Below, piece by piece: positions 1 to 12,329 of a stretch of DNA of 52,022 nucleotides (the first letter of the stretch is position 1; each line of letters starts with the position of its first letter). The stretch is from Bigelowiella natans CCMP2755. Its lineage: Eukaryota; Protista; Cercozoa. Both the position numbers and the translations under genes were made by a program. The notes under the pieces are model-generated. The model was not told where the DNA came from. It saw nothing but the letters and a program-made list of their open reading frames with translations, and searched no databases. The stretch lies in contig ADNK01001551.1 of NCBI GenBank assembly GCA_000320545.1, forward strand, positions 1 through 52,022. The letters are read 5' to 3'.

Positions 1-82
<82 letters not shown>
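1..82. repeat. (TA)n microsatellite
   Basis: Near-perfect TA run at the start of the window. Confidence 0.95.
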
Positions 83-85
<3 letters not shown>

Positions 86-197
86 AAATATGTAAATACT
101 TCGCATAGATATCATACATAAACATCATATATAGATGGTTATATGATGATAGTATCTGGCTGCGCGCGCTTCTGTTCCTTCTACAGCGGCTACTATG

Positions 198-617
198 TTA
201 GCTGACCCCTTCATCAACTTCGCTATATGTTCGTCTGAAGGCATCATCAGACACCGTGCTTGACGTACACAGTCCATCCTCTCCTACCCCACGCAAACCA
301 CGAGCATCAGCATTGCGCGAGCGCGCGCCCTCCCCCCCCTCCCATCCCCGTCGCGGAACTAACAACACAGGTCCCTGATTTTGGCCAATCAATCGTACCG
401 ATACTAACCACTAGCCAGCTCGCTTTGCTGGTCTTTCCAGCGGCTTGCGGAACTTTCCTCTTGTCGCCGAGGACTGGGTTGCGCGAGGAAGGGATTTCTA
501 GGTTCTTTTGCGGCTTAGACGACCCGGATGATGGGGTCTCTAGAAAGGCGTTGTCATGGGCGTTGTTGTTGTTGTTGTTGTTGCTGCTGCTGCTGCTGGG
601 GGACGGTACCGGCTTCT

Positions 618-674
<57 letters not shown>

Positions 675-730
675 TTTACACACACAAATATATACATACA
701 AACACGCACACAGGGAGAGAAGGGAGATAA

Positions 731-782
<52 letters not shown>

Positions 783-2213
783 GGGTAAGCGATAACATCT
801 TGAATGATGGATGTTGATGATGGTGGACAATGTTTGAACAAAGGACTACGTGCGCAATCACAACAACGGACCTTGAAAGCGTAGACGGGTTTCACGTGCA
901 CGTACTTATCAGCATTCTCATCCCCAAGCTTAATCTCAAGCTCTGCAGTGACACCATCACCGCATTTGAGAGGTGGTTTCAGGGAGGAAAAGGACCAACG
1001 ACGCAACACGATGACAACGACGATCACAACGACAACAACCGCTGCTACTTCAGACGGGGGGGTATTCTAAGGAGCGCAGGGCTACTATTCGAGTGCAATA
1101 AGATGACTTCTCGTCACCGAAGGCACTCTGTTCAAAGGCTCCTCCTCACTGTAAGATAATTCTTATCGCCACATACAAATCCTACCACTGACGCTGTATT
1201 ATGCATTCCAACACCCCACTCACTGCTGCGTCTGCTGCTACCGCAACTACCAATGATGCTAAATGGAACTAATGCTGCTCGTGATCTGTCTCTCGATGGT
1301 GGTTCTAGTACCTGTGTTCTCTCCATAGTTTACGTAGACCGCCAGTGACCTGTGGAGTTCGTTTTATTGAGACGGTGCTACTTTATGCGTGCGTAATATG
1401 ACTATACTGATGGTGAGGGTTGTTCTTATAATTATCATCATTATCATCATTATTATCATTGTTATCATTTTCATCACAATTATCTTTATCATCATTATGA
1501 AAAAACTTTCCAACCTCCTTCTCGACGCCTTTTCCTTCTTCTCCTTCTTAGTTTCTGATGAAGCAGACCTTGGGTGTGAGAGCATGCACGATGCGGAGTG
1601 GAAGGAAGGAGGGGGGGGGGGGCGAACTAGAATATCAGCAGCAACCCATCTCTTTGAGTGTAACGGAAAACATTCTCCGAGGCGCTAATTCAGTTTGCCA
1701 TACCTGTGCATGCGGAATTTACAATCATGCAAATACACTACTTTAGGCCTACACAGCCCATTGGAACATTATTTAGCCGCACAGCTGCTGGTGTGACAAT
1801 ATAGCGTCGTCACTCGATGCTGTGTTAGTTAGTGGCACGCACGCTGTTGTCATCAAGCTGTTTGCTCTTGTAGAGAAAGCAGGAGGAGCGACGCCTGGAG
1901 AGTCAGCAGCAAAGAGAACCGTGATGAATGACGACGATAATGATGGGAGACGATAGGATCGAAACCATTTCTAGACAACTTCAACACGACTGCTCAGGTT
2001 TTTTGCATTGCCCACTGAACATTTGTACGTACGCAATTTAAGGGGGGGGGGACGGGGGAGGGGGGGTCAGGCGGTGTGTTTACATGAACTTCTTCTTTAG
2101 CTTTGCTTTCACGCTTGCGGAGGATCTTAAGGATGGTAATACGATAGAGATTAGTTAGATAGAGAACATGTGCTGAATACGTATAGAACATACTCGCACA
2201 TAAACACACACTA

Positions 2214-2251
<38 letters not shown>

Positions 2252-2263
2252 TAACATCACATA

Positions 2264-2296
<33 letters not shown>

Positions 2297-3049
2297 CGTC
2301 ATAACAACACAGCTAGTCTCTCTCCCCTGCCGCAGCTGCTGACTTTGGAGGAGGAGTATGAGAGCGACGGTGGTACAAAGGCGAGCGTAAGAGGCTATAT
2401 ATAGGGAGAAGGGGGGAGAGGGGGTGACGGTAGCAGCCGTCAATACTTTGCCAGGACGAGGGGGGGAGGGAAAATGACGTCAAGGCAAGATGAAACTCCA
2501 ACAGTTTTTGCGCAACATCATAATCGCGAGGGCGATTCACTCCACTGACGAATTGTTCTTCTCCGAAAGAGTCCTTTCCGGCATCCTCCCCCCCCCCTCG
2601 TTCTGCTGCAAGAGAAACGTCTTCGAGGTGCGCGCAGGCATGCTCTGGATAGCCGAGCCTTCCCTGGTAAAGGAGCTCTGAGGAGAGGGCAAGGACGATA
2701 GTAACAGAGCGGCGCGATCGTGTTAGTCATTGCGGACAGGGGGTGGGGTGCGGGCCAAATTCGAAAAAGGGGGAGGATGCGTAGGGCTGCCGGCAATGGC
2801 AGCTTTGTCTAAGCTATTCGTTGAGATTTTGTGGACAAAGAAGCGTCGTCGGATCTCTCGCCCCGAAAGCAGGTATTCGAAGCTAGAACTTCAGTATAAA
2901 TCGAAAGTCTATGCGTATGCGAGGAAGCGGGGGGGGAGGAGGGTTCTCGAAGAAGTACATCGTGGATTTTGGAGGTGGTAGGCTTCCTCTTCGCTGGAAG
3001 TCCTTTTAGAGCACCTAGCTCATCCTCGAGATCCCTAGGTTTTTTAGCG

Positions 3050-3084
<35 letters not shown>

Positions 3085-4100
3085 GTGATGGTGATGATGA
3101 TGATATCATGCTGTATGGAAGTTACAGAGGTGGCAGCTGGAGATTATGGCAGTTATCACCAACCCCATGTAGTAGTCATGACGATGATGAAAACAAACAC
3201 GCCGTTCTTGCTTGCAAACATCAACTCTCAGCATGCACATGCCTACAAAATCGGGAAAATCTGAGCGAACCGAATCTTCTTCTGAAGCAACTCTTCGTTG
3301 TCTTCGTGATAATAGAGCTTCTTCTCAGCCTTGTACAGTTTGAACTATGGCAAGCGGCAGGGCAGTCATTAGTCTTAGACAGCACGTGCTTATTCTACAA
3401 AGGAATGAAACCCCCGATCCTTCCCAAGCTTGCAACATATAAACAGGTAGCCTGGATGGGCTTAGTATTCATAATACTGTAAATTGATAGGGAAGAGTGG
3501 CGACCTGGAGATCTTCAACCATCGGCACGACCCCATCTTCGGCAAGATATCGGCGTTTTTTTACCACGATCGTATCTTTTTTCTGTTCGAGTAAGTCCTC
3601 CCTCGAAGCATGGCATGGTGCATTTCCCATCGCCGCTCACACGTGCTGGGTGGTGTAAGAAGAACAATCATCAACAAAGCGGCAGTCACTGCCCACACTC
3701 TCTGTGTGCAGGAAGGTTTCGTTTAAAAAAGTAACACGGAGAGTCAGAAGCCGGTGTAAAAGCATGCAAGCCATCCGGGGAGCGAGCACCCGTCAACCTT
3801 TGCAGCCTTGGATCTTAGTCCCAGCCACGCCACTCCTGAGAAGCAGACGTATTTAAATCAGCGCCAGGACCAATCTACCATTCACGAGTACTCAAACCCC
3901 CCAACATAGTGCCGGTTTATGCGACGTTCATTTGCGGGTCATCAGTCATGCTCCCCCCTTGTCCATTACCGGCAGGTCAAAGATAGGATCGACGGCCCGT
4001 GTGTATTATGTTGCGATCTGAGAGGCGCTTCCTGCCCTCCCCCTCGCCAGTCTGAGCTCGTCGGTTGGAGGAGCTGTTCCTCCTTCTCAAAAGGAAGATA
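198..4100 (-). CDS. Multi-exon gene of unknown function (5' end approximate)
   Basis: Minus-strand exons flanked by AG/GT join in phase, e.g. 872-942 ELEIKLGDENADKYVHVKPVYAFK, 399-616 KPVPSPSSSSSNNNNNNNAHDNAFLETP..., last exon 198-283 ending ...YSEVDEGVS*. Further coding-like segments at about 2550-2680 and 3260-3345 (FKLYKAEKKLYYHEDNEELLQKKIRFAQ). No family recognised. Confidence 0.5.
617..779. repeat. Compound intronic microsatellite (CA)n(TA)n(GA)n, representative of dozens of such tracts in the window
   Basis: Directly visible; similar tracts at 6706-6780, 7043-7130, 7920-8000, 21610-21700, 46520-46550, 46820-46900 and elsewhere. Confidence 0.95.
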
Positions 4101-4429
4101 GATACTTGTTTGAATAAAGTTTCGTAATTGTGTGAGATTCCGTAAGTGCGACAACGAAAAATCGCGAAAAACGCTAGTAGTTTCCCGAGAGAACACTGCA
4201 GTAGAAGGCGAATTTCCATCGTGATGCATCCTAGCCGCGGTTTTTCATGAAGAAAGTAGCCTTAAATTCGTGCAATAATATGTGGGTGTCGCCCATTCCT
4301 GAGACACAGGATTGAGTAAGTCGCGAGAGCTGTATATCCTATATTTCTTCTAAGATTATTTAGAAATTTATTCATGCGGAAAACATCGCACTTCATTCTT
4401 TTTTTCCTCACTGCGGGCAGATCTGGCTT

Positions 4430-6025
4430 CGGCGTGTCCCGTGCCCTGCAAGGGGCAGCCGGCAGTGCGAATATGAGCTCTGCAAAGGGGGGCGCAGGAT
4501 GCAGATCCGATCAAACGCGCTGCTCAGTGTCAGCTCTATGCTTTACACGTCATAAAGATAAGGTCGATGCAGGGGGGGGGGGGCTGAATAACGAAGATGT
4601 GTCGCTAACACGCGAAGGATAATGGGTTTTGAGGATGACGAGCAAGAGGGTTCGCAGCGTTCTTGCCTCACTCCTTGCGAATATGGTTGTATTCTACTGT
4701 ATACAGGCTTTATTTCTTGTGTGGAGGGAGAAGAAAAGTAACGTCAAGCACAAAGACACGACCCTCTACATGTAGGAACCTATCCCTCCCCCCCAACCCT
4801 ATCTCTTCTCGTTTGCACCGTATTTTGCTTTCTATCGGTGTCATCCATTCCGTCTTCTCTCCCTCCCGACCCCCCCAAACGTTTTCCGGTTTGACTTTGG
4901 TTGGCCTCCCACAGCTACTGGTCAGCAGTTGCGATAACGCCGGATGAAGAGGGGGGGGAAGACGCCGACGAAGTAGCTGCAGTTTCGAGATCCCTTGCGG
5001 TATTAAAATACCGCATACAATTGGCACATGTAGCATATTGCAGAGTCGCCTATTTAATCGAGGTTCATGCATGCCTCTAAATCTCGATAGTATACTATTT
5101 TATCTCCCGTCCTTATCCCCTCCCCCTACGTGTGTGAGTGTGTAAGTGTGAGTAAGATAACGTATAAGCGCTTAAATTCTCCAATTCTCTCCCACCGCCT
5201 CGCTTTTGAAGGAGAAGAGCAACGGTTCGTTCTTGAGAAAGAAAAGGGGGATCGATCTGAAGACCGTTTATGGCGAAAGGCGTCGTCAAGCGGTACTTTG
5301 TATTTTAACTCCTCCTACAACATATCCTATTATCAAGAAGAAGAAGAGAAGAAGAAGTAGTAGAGGAGGAGGCACCTCCTGCGCAGATGATAAACCGATT
5401 TGCGTACGTGTTTCGAGTAACCGAATAACGCAACCCGGTCCATTCTGCGAGCTTGCAGCCAGCGCTTATCTTTCATTTACCCGTGTACCCGTCGTTCATC
5501 AACATCCACGTCCACAATACAATCCAATGTTCAAAATCGAAAAAAACAAAAGATAAAAGAACTTCCTGGAAAATCCGTTGGATTTTTCCCAAAGCCTGCA
5601 ATGACATCGCTATTTCTTCTCATTTGCTCAATATGCTCTAAGAGGCAACAATCGTGAGAGATTGTTCCCGGATATCGTTTATGGATAACAGGCGGCCGAT
5701 CAACTAAGCACGCAGCTTAGGAAGCGAGCGAAGAATAAGAGCGCAATTTGCATCGATACAGCGAAGGAGGGTGGAGGACAGAGGTTGGTTTCCAACACGG
5801 TGCTGATGCTGATGATAGTGGTGCTGATGCTGATGATAGTGATGATTATGACGACGAATAGCAGTGTTGGCAAGAGTGCTGAAAGCGGTTTGGTTTCGGT
5901 CCTAATTTCATTGTTTTGAGTCTTGAATCCTGATGGCAAATTCTTTGTATTCTCCCACACATAATTGTTTTTTGTCGGTTTAGCATTCCCACTCAAACGC
6001 ACGAATTTATACAGATGTATTTCTC

Positions 6026-6060
<35 letters not shown>

Positions 6061-6705
6061 TCTTTCTCTGCCCCTCTCCCCCCCCCCCTTCCTCCTTCTC
6101 ACACCCGCAGGATATGGGTAATAGCTGTCAAGTACGTGGGACTTGAAGCTCTTAGAGATCAATGTAAAGACAGAGGAGAGGCACAGTGGTACGACTGAAC
6201 TACTACGGGCCAAAAAGCAACCGAGCGCCATCCCCAACACCGCAACAATACCATCATCGTCATCATCGCCATCATTCGTTATCATCATACATCTCACCAC
6301 CCTGACCTGTCATCTCCGCCGTACTGCGTGCAGGGTGGAGGCGACCGCTCTCTTCAACGCCCTCCGGGATAATGGCGCGGGGGACGACGTAGAAGTCTCC
6401 GCATACTTCGTAAGAGTTTCCGACATTACTCCGTATAGATAGATCACGAATAGCAGCATACGCATAGTTCCTACTAAGTAGCATAGCCTAGTCAAAAAGG
6501 TCTCTATTTTTTGACAAAGCGTTCGTGCTTTCGCCGCCGTCAGAAATAGTAATAACAAGCGGGTTAGCTAGGTGCGGTGTCTTCGATTCGCTCGTGCACC
6601 GAGCGCGAAGGAACGGAGGGCCGATATATCCGATGATGATTTGCATTATATGAAGAAGCAACGTGTCGTTGGTTTTGGTCGCCTCCAAAACTTCCTACGC
6701 ATTTA

Positions 6706-6765
<60 letters not shown>

Positions 6766-7074
6766 AGAGAGAGAGAGAGAAAAGCGTTCTTTTTTTATCT
6801 ATGTACAAACGCAGTCACATCGTGTGTCTGCCGTTCGGACGTGGCAGAGAAGTGCATCACCGCTGCTGTTATTCTCCTTTGTCTAGGAGCCGAGTAGGAA
6901 GTTGAAGCTTCATGCGCCGACTGCTGCTTGGCTACGGATAGAAGTAATTCAAGGATGGTGGTGGTGGTGATGATGATGATGATGATGATGATAATTTATG
7001 CCATTGGGACATAATATAAGTGTTCGGTATAATGCACTATTACGCGCACGCGCGCGCGCACACACACAAGCACG

Positions 7075-7138
<64 letters not shown>

Positions 7139-7928
7139 CATATTATTATATCATATGTGTTTATTCAGATGCAATAGTTCTTTACATGAAGACAAACTAT
7201 CATTGCTTTTCTTCTTTTTCTCCTTCCTCTTCCTTTCTCTATCTTCCTCTCCCCCTCTCTCCACTAACCCTTATCCCTCCCCCCCCTCCCCCCCCTCCCC
7301 TCCCTCTCCTCAACCTTTCTCCTCGTACACACATGTTTGGCAGAGTGTGATGAAATCTCTCCACAGCTTCCTGGAAAATTACATATCGATCTCCAATGTA
7401 CACATATCCTTCAAAGAACACCGATTTTTGCCTTGTATTCGCCTTTACCATCCTTACAATGTACACACTTCCCAACCCCGAACCCGAGAAAGGAAAATCT
7501 TGGCGAGTTTGTTCTCGTCCTCTCTTGAATGACTTGCAACTCGGCGACTTCTTGCATCTGTCAAGAATTTATGAGTGCAAATCCTTTGAATACGTTCAGC
7601 TTACAGCTCACACACGCACACACACAAACACAAACACATACGCACACAAATATCCTCGAGTCCTTTCCCCGTGTGAAGAAGCAGCTCTATGTATGAGTAT
7701 GTGTCTTGTTTGTTACTATATTCTCTTCTTCGACTAGCTTCCTAACAAGGAGGACTTGCAGCAAACGGACAACGGCAGCAAAGACAGTGTCGGAGAGGGT
7801 TCCTCTGGTGGAATACAACCCCCCCCCACGCGGTCAGGGGATACTAAACTTACTTTTGAAAGAAATAGGAGGCGTGGGGGGGGGGGAGATGGGGGTTGGA
7901 TTTTCAATAAATTTACATATGCACGCAC

Positions 7929-7983
<55 letters not shown>

Positions 7984-8809
7984 CGGTCACACACACGCAC
8001 ATACATACCTGCGAACTCAGCCTTTGAGTTGTTTGTCTTACTACTCGTCGTGCATGTATATTAGCATCAGAGGCTGCCGCGGCGCCCCTCGTTCGGCAGC
8101 TGTTTGTATGCCGCAAATGCCGATCCCTCCTATTCACCAAGAAACATCTGATTGAGAGGACAGCTGACCCGCAAGGTAGGAAGGCAGTGAAAGACGGACA
8201 TAATCACACAAACTCATACACACACGTACATACACAAAGAGAGAGAGAGAGAGAAAGAGAGAGAGAGTGAGAAATAGAGAGAGGGGAGAGGGGGTGGGGG
8301 GGAGAGAAAAGGAGAGAGAAACCGAGAGAAAGATACCCGCAAGCCATCGATCAAGACTTCTTAAGACAACCCCCGCTACACCACAGGCATGCGCGAGTGC
8401 ACCTCGCACTACCTAAAAGCAGACGATGAGCGAACTCCAAAGTACATCCAACAACAAATGTCCCTGGTAATATCAAGCAGTGGTCCACTCGCTGTTTTAG
8501 TGGTATTAGTAAGAGGGAGGTATGATTAGCCTTTGCCCGGGCGATTTGAAAATCCGAGCGAAATCTCGAGAATCTTTAGATGATTTCCACACCTCGCTCA
8601 TCATTTGATAGTTTCTACTCAAGTCGCACGGACGTCTTCAATGTTCCCCCGATGAAATTTTCCCGGTATTTTAACCTTTGATGTCTTGGCCGATGGTAGG
8701 GCGTGTCCGGGAAGCTGTTTTGCTACAACCAGAAGTGTAAGGCGCGCATTGGGGAGTTCAACTGGGCTGGAATTAGGGTATGCTGACTTGTTGTCGTCGT
8801 AGCACAAGG

Positions 8810-8853
<44 letters not shown>

Positions 8854-9197
8854 ATATGTATATATGCATACATAGAAATGTAATGTGCAGAACTATAGCT
8901 CTTTACTCATCATGTGCCGTGTTTTGGTTCATTCAGAGCTCCTGTGGCGTCTTCATTACTCCAGCCTGCAGGGTAACACCGTATAGATAACGCCGACACA
9001 CCATCGCACAAAACGATGAAACTGTGAACATAGCACTCTTCGTTGTGCTCTTTCATTTCCCCCCACCCTTTTTGGCTGCACAGACACACCGTGATCACCT
9101 GTGTGTCAACGATGTGCAGATTTCGAAGGGCAAAGTCGAGGAGAAGGAGGCTGCAATTGTGAAAGTGGTTCGGTCGGCGACAAAGGCAGAGGAGTGA
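4430..9197 (+). CDS. Protein with putative CS (p23/NudC-like) domain, rhodanese-like domain and C-terminal YVH1/DUSP12-type zinc-binding domain (5' end uncertain)
   Basis: Spliced exons give LFVCRKCRSLLFTKKHLI (about 8097-8150), ECTSHYL, GVSGKLFCYNQKCKARIGEFNWAGIR (8699-8778), SSCGVFITPACR (8936-8971) and ISKGKVEEKEAAIVKVVRSATKAEE* (to 9197), matching the DUSP12/Yvh1 zinc domain CxxC...GKLxCxxCxAxxGxFNWxG.xSCGxxITPA. Upstream VEATALFNALRD and VCRSDVAEKCITAAVILLCLG resemble a rhodanese fold; RFVLEKEKG...LW resembles the end of a CS domain (weaker). Confidence 0.7.
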
Positions 9198-9990
9198 TCT
9201 AGTGATGCTAAGTGCCTCTTTGTGGGACAAACGTCATCCCTTGCTGCATGCATGTGCATTGATCTAGCCATTCTAGCATTGTAGCCTTGTCTAGTTGTGA
9301 TCATAGAATCAGATAGATGAGGCATTGCCATGGAGATGCTGTTGGCATGTCATTTGAACAGCATGTCTAGATGCATTGTGTGCGTAGAGGACATCTGCGC
9401 TAGCCTGAACATGACATGCTGCTTGCATGCATTGGCATTCCATGTTTGTGGTTCGTTTCATTGACTGCAGCACAATGACTACTGTGCACTTGTAGCTCTT
9501 CTCTAAGCAAACGCACCATCAGCAGTCCCATGAACCAAGCTAGCAAGAATCGTCAAATGTGCGTCTGTTCACGTTCTCATTTCATTGCACCACCAGCCTG
9601 AATGGCCGAGCGTGCTAGCGTGCATGCGGTGGTCACTCCATGCTAGCATGCAAGCATGTGCATCATTCAATTCCAGAGCCCACAACCTGCAGTGCCACAA
9701 CTAGACAAGCTAGCAAGTCTAGATGTGTGCAGCGTGCATTTGATCTAGCTAGTGATCAATTGACCAGATGAATTTGAATCCCATTCAGCTGACTGCGCCT
9801 ACTAGCCTGACTAAACGCACTCTAGCTTGCAAGCTCTGCCGCTGCAAGATCGCCAGTGCTACGGCCTAGCGGCATGCCAGCGCACATCTAGCACATGCTT
9901 CTGGGCTTCACCATGCTTCTTTGTTCATGTTTCCAAATGTTTGCGCTTATCTTAAAGTCAAATGGTCATGTGTGTAACTTAATGGAAGTT
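8995..9990. other. TpA-edited block 1 (TG/CA-rich, CTAG-rich)
   Basis: Manual count over 9241-9900: 27 TpA, of which 17 CTAG, 5 other xTAG, 5 other CTAx, and none with neither a preceding C nor a following G. Confidence 0.9.
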
Positions 9991-10004
9991 TAGGTGCTCG
10001 TTCA

Positions 10005-11945
10005 TCATGCAACTTTTGAATATAATAAAGACACTTTCTTAATCTCTCCTACGACAAGATTGCCGAATTCTTGAAGACCAAGATACGCATGGTAATTATC
10101 TAAACCAGGGAACTGCGTACTTGCATTAATTACCTTCAAATTCTTAACGTGATTGACATTACCAGGCCCTGTATATTCAAAAAACAACGTAACGGTACTG
10201 CTAGTTCTACCTATAGGGAGACAAATACGATCAATTGACCATGCGGGCTCCTTTATAAACTTTAATCTAGTAATAAAGGTTTGAACTAATTGGACCTGTG
10301 AGGCCAAGATCATTGGATCCATATATCTTAGTTGCAAGTTTGCTTTCAGCTAGTGCCTTAAGAGTAGCGTCATCTGGTGACCACAACAATAGAACCCGGT
10401 TTGTAATCTTTACGATTTTTGACCTGCAAATTATGTGATAATCATCAAAAAATATATTTACTGATGTTACTAATTTTCCATCTAGACCCAGATTGTTTAA
10501 AGTTTTCGGAATTTTCATTGAACCAATCAGGTGCTGCGTTGGCTTGCTTAATCACAATAACTCCAAAATCGAAATTTCCCTAATGTAAGAATCATGCTAT
10601 TAGTTATCAATGTAGCCATAATCGATGCACATTAATGAGTCTTACCTTCTCCAGGTCGCCCCTTGTAGTTTTTTGACCCATTATATATGTGACAAAACAT
10701 CCCATAGAGTGGGCCAGGAGATGAAATTTTCCACCAGCGAACACTTTCCTTACGACTCCACTTTTCTTGCATTCAGTCTAGTAGCGTGAATAGGTACATA
10801 AAGGACAAAGAGCATTTTCTGGATAATTTCCAAACTCGATACTACACCTGTGCCTGACGAAAGAACTTGTGAAGACACTCACCTGCCTTTTCTGCCCGGG
10901 CACGATCAACTTTGATATTAGAGAAAAAATAATCAAACACTTATTTATCTTTTTATATGATCGAGAGAATAGCAGCTTGCAGATATGTTCTTAGACATCT
11001 ATATTACAATTTATCAAAGTGGTCTTACCTAAGTATCCAACTATAGATTCAACCTCCGTGTTACTGATAGTAACTGATGACCATACCACCTGCCATGCAA
11101 ATAAGCTCGATGTTGGGGTAGCAGACTATGTACTTTGGTTGTTGTCTTCCTACCGGCATGACGAGAACATGAGGATCAAAGACATTTTGTATAGGCTTTC
11201 CTCCAAAATTCTGATGATAACGGAAAAACCCGCGAGTTTAACAGATCTAGATTTATTTTCCAATTTATTTGTCTGATCTGACTGTTAAAATTTCTGAAGG
11301 CTGCACTGTATATCCGTGGACAAACATGATAACATCCGTGATATCTAATTTGATACAATGAGGCTCAATTATGTTAAACACTAAAGGAAGATTAACTTTA
11401 GTAGAACATGTTGATAAACCTTGTAAGCCGTCGACTGTCTTTGCGAATTCCTCCATAGTAATTTCACTTCAATTGGAAACATTCATCAGTCTACAGTCGC
11501 TCATTAAATTCAGTTTCGACTTACTCGGCTTCAAAGAATTCCTATAGTCGGCAATCGTGCCCAAAATACCGATTACAGCAGTAATGTATGGATGGAACAA
11601 TAGTAAACATATGACTCACGATGACAATGTTCATGTTGCACTAAACACATGGTTCTTCAAATATTGTTACGTTTGGTGGAGTCGGGCAGCAGCAACCGAA
11701 GCAGCAGCATACGAAGCGGCAGCAACACATTAACGAACAAGAAGGCCCGTCCACTTTTTTGATGTTGGTAACAATGATCTAAAGAATCATTTGTGAACGA
11801 TCACGTCGCCATAAACACACAATTGCTAATTTAATACTGGTTTAGTGACAGCTGCCGACTGGTCACTAAATCGCACGCGATTCCCGCCTAGTCTTTCAGG
11901 CTTTACAGCCAGGAGCGCGAATGATGGAGCACCTTTGGACTCCAT
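10005..11945 (-). CDS. Alpha/beta-hydrolase fold protein (DUF900/DUF676-like esterase/lipase)
   Basis: ATG at 11945 (MESKGAPSF...). Exons encode DITDVIMFVHGYT (oxyanion-hole HG motif, about 11310-11345) and AGGKFHLLAHSMGCFV (nucleophile elbow AHSMG, about 10700-10740). Short AT-rich introns; last exon ends at 10005. Confidence 0.75.
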
Positions 11946-12329
11946 CTTGGAAATATGTGATAGTTTCCGTAGGTTTCAGAGTAACTTTACCGTGTGATGG
12001 AGATAAAGGCCACCGAATCCCAACAAATACGCAATACGACAATCTATAAATCATGTCGTTCCACTATAAATCTTAGACCACTTTAGTGTTTATTGAGATA
12101 TGCCACCGTGAAAATCAGCTGTTTTTGTTTATCCTTACGTGAAATTGCGCGAATCTGTGAATGGGAGAAATTACGAGGAGAACCACGGGTAGCGACATAA
12201 TGCGGCGGAGAAGAAATTATCTGAATGAAAGAAATCAGGCTTTCAAAATAAACTTCATGGCGTTTTATGAAGTCGACAGGCGATGCTTTGCGAGCTCTAC
12301 AAAATAGGCTTCATCTTTAAAACGCATTA

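Noticed and set aside
260-1027. Many six-frame ORFs with poly-YI, HT, SL, CV or RE runs (also 7020-8155, 21542-22122, 46228-47114)
   Set aside because: They are translations of intronic microsatellites, not proteins.
8995-9990. Classical RIP or CpG-methylation decay as the cause of the TG/CA-rich blocks
   Set aside because: Both are C>T processes. RIP enriches TpA and CpG decay does not remove it, yet TpA outside CTA/TAG is what is missing, and CpG is still present in the blocks.
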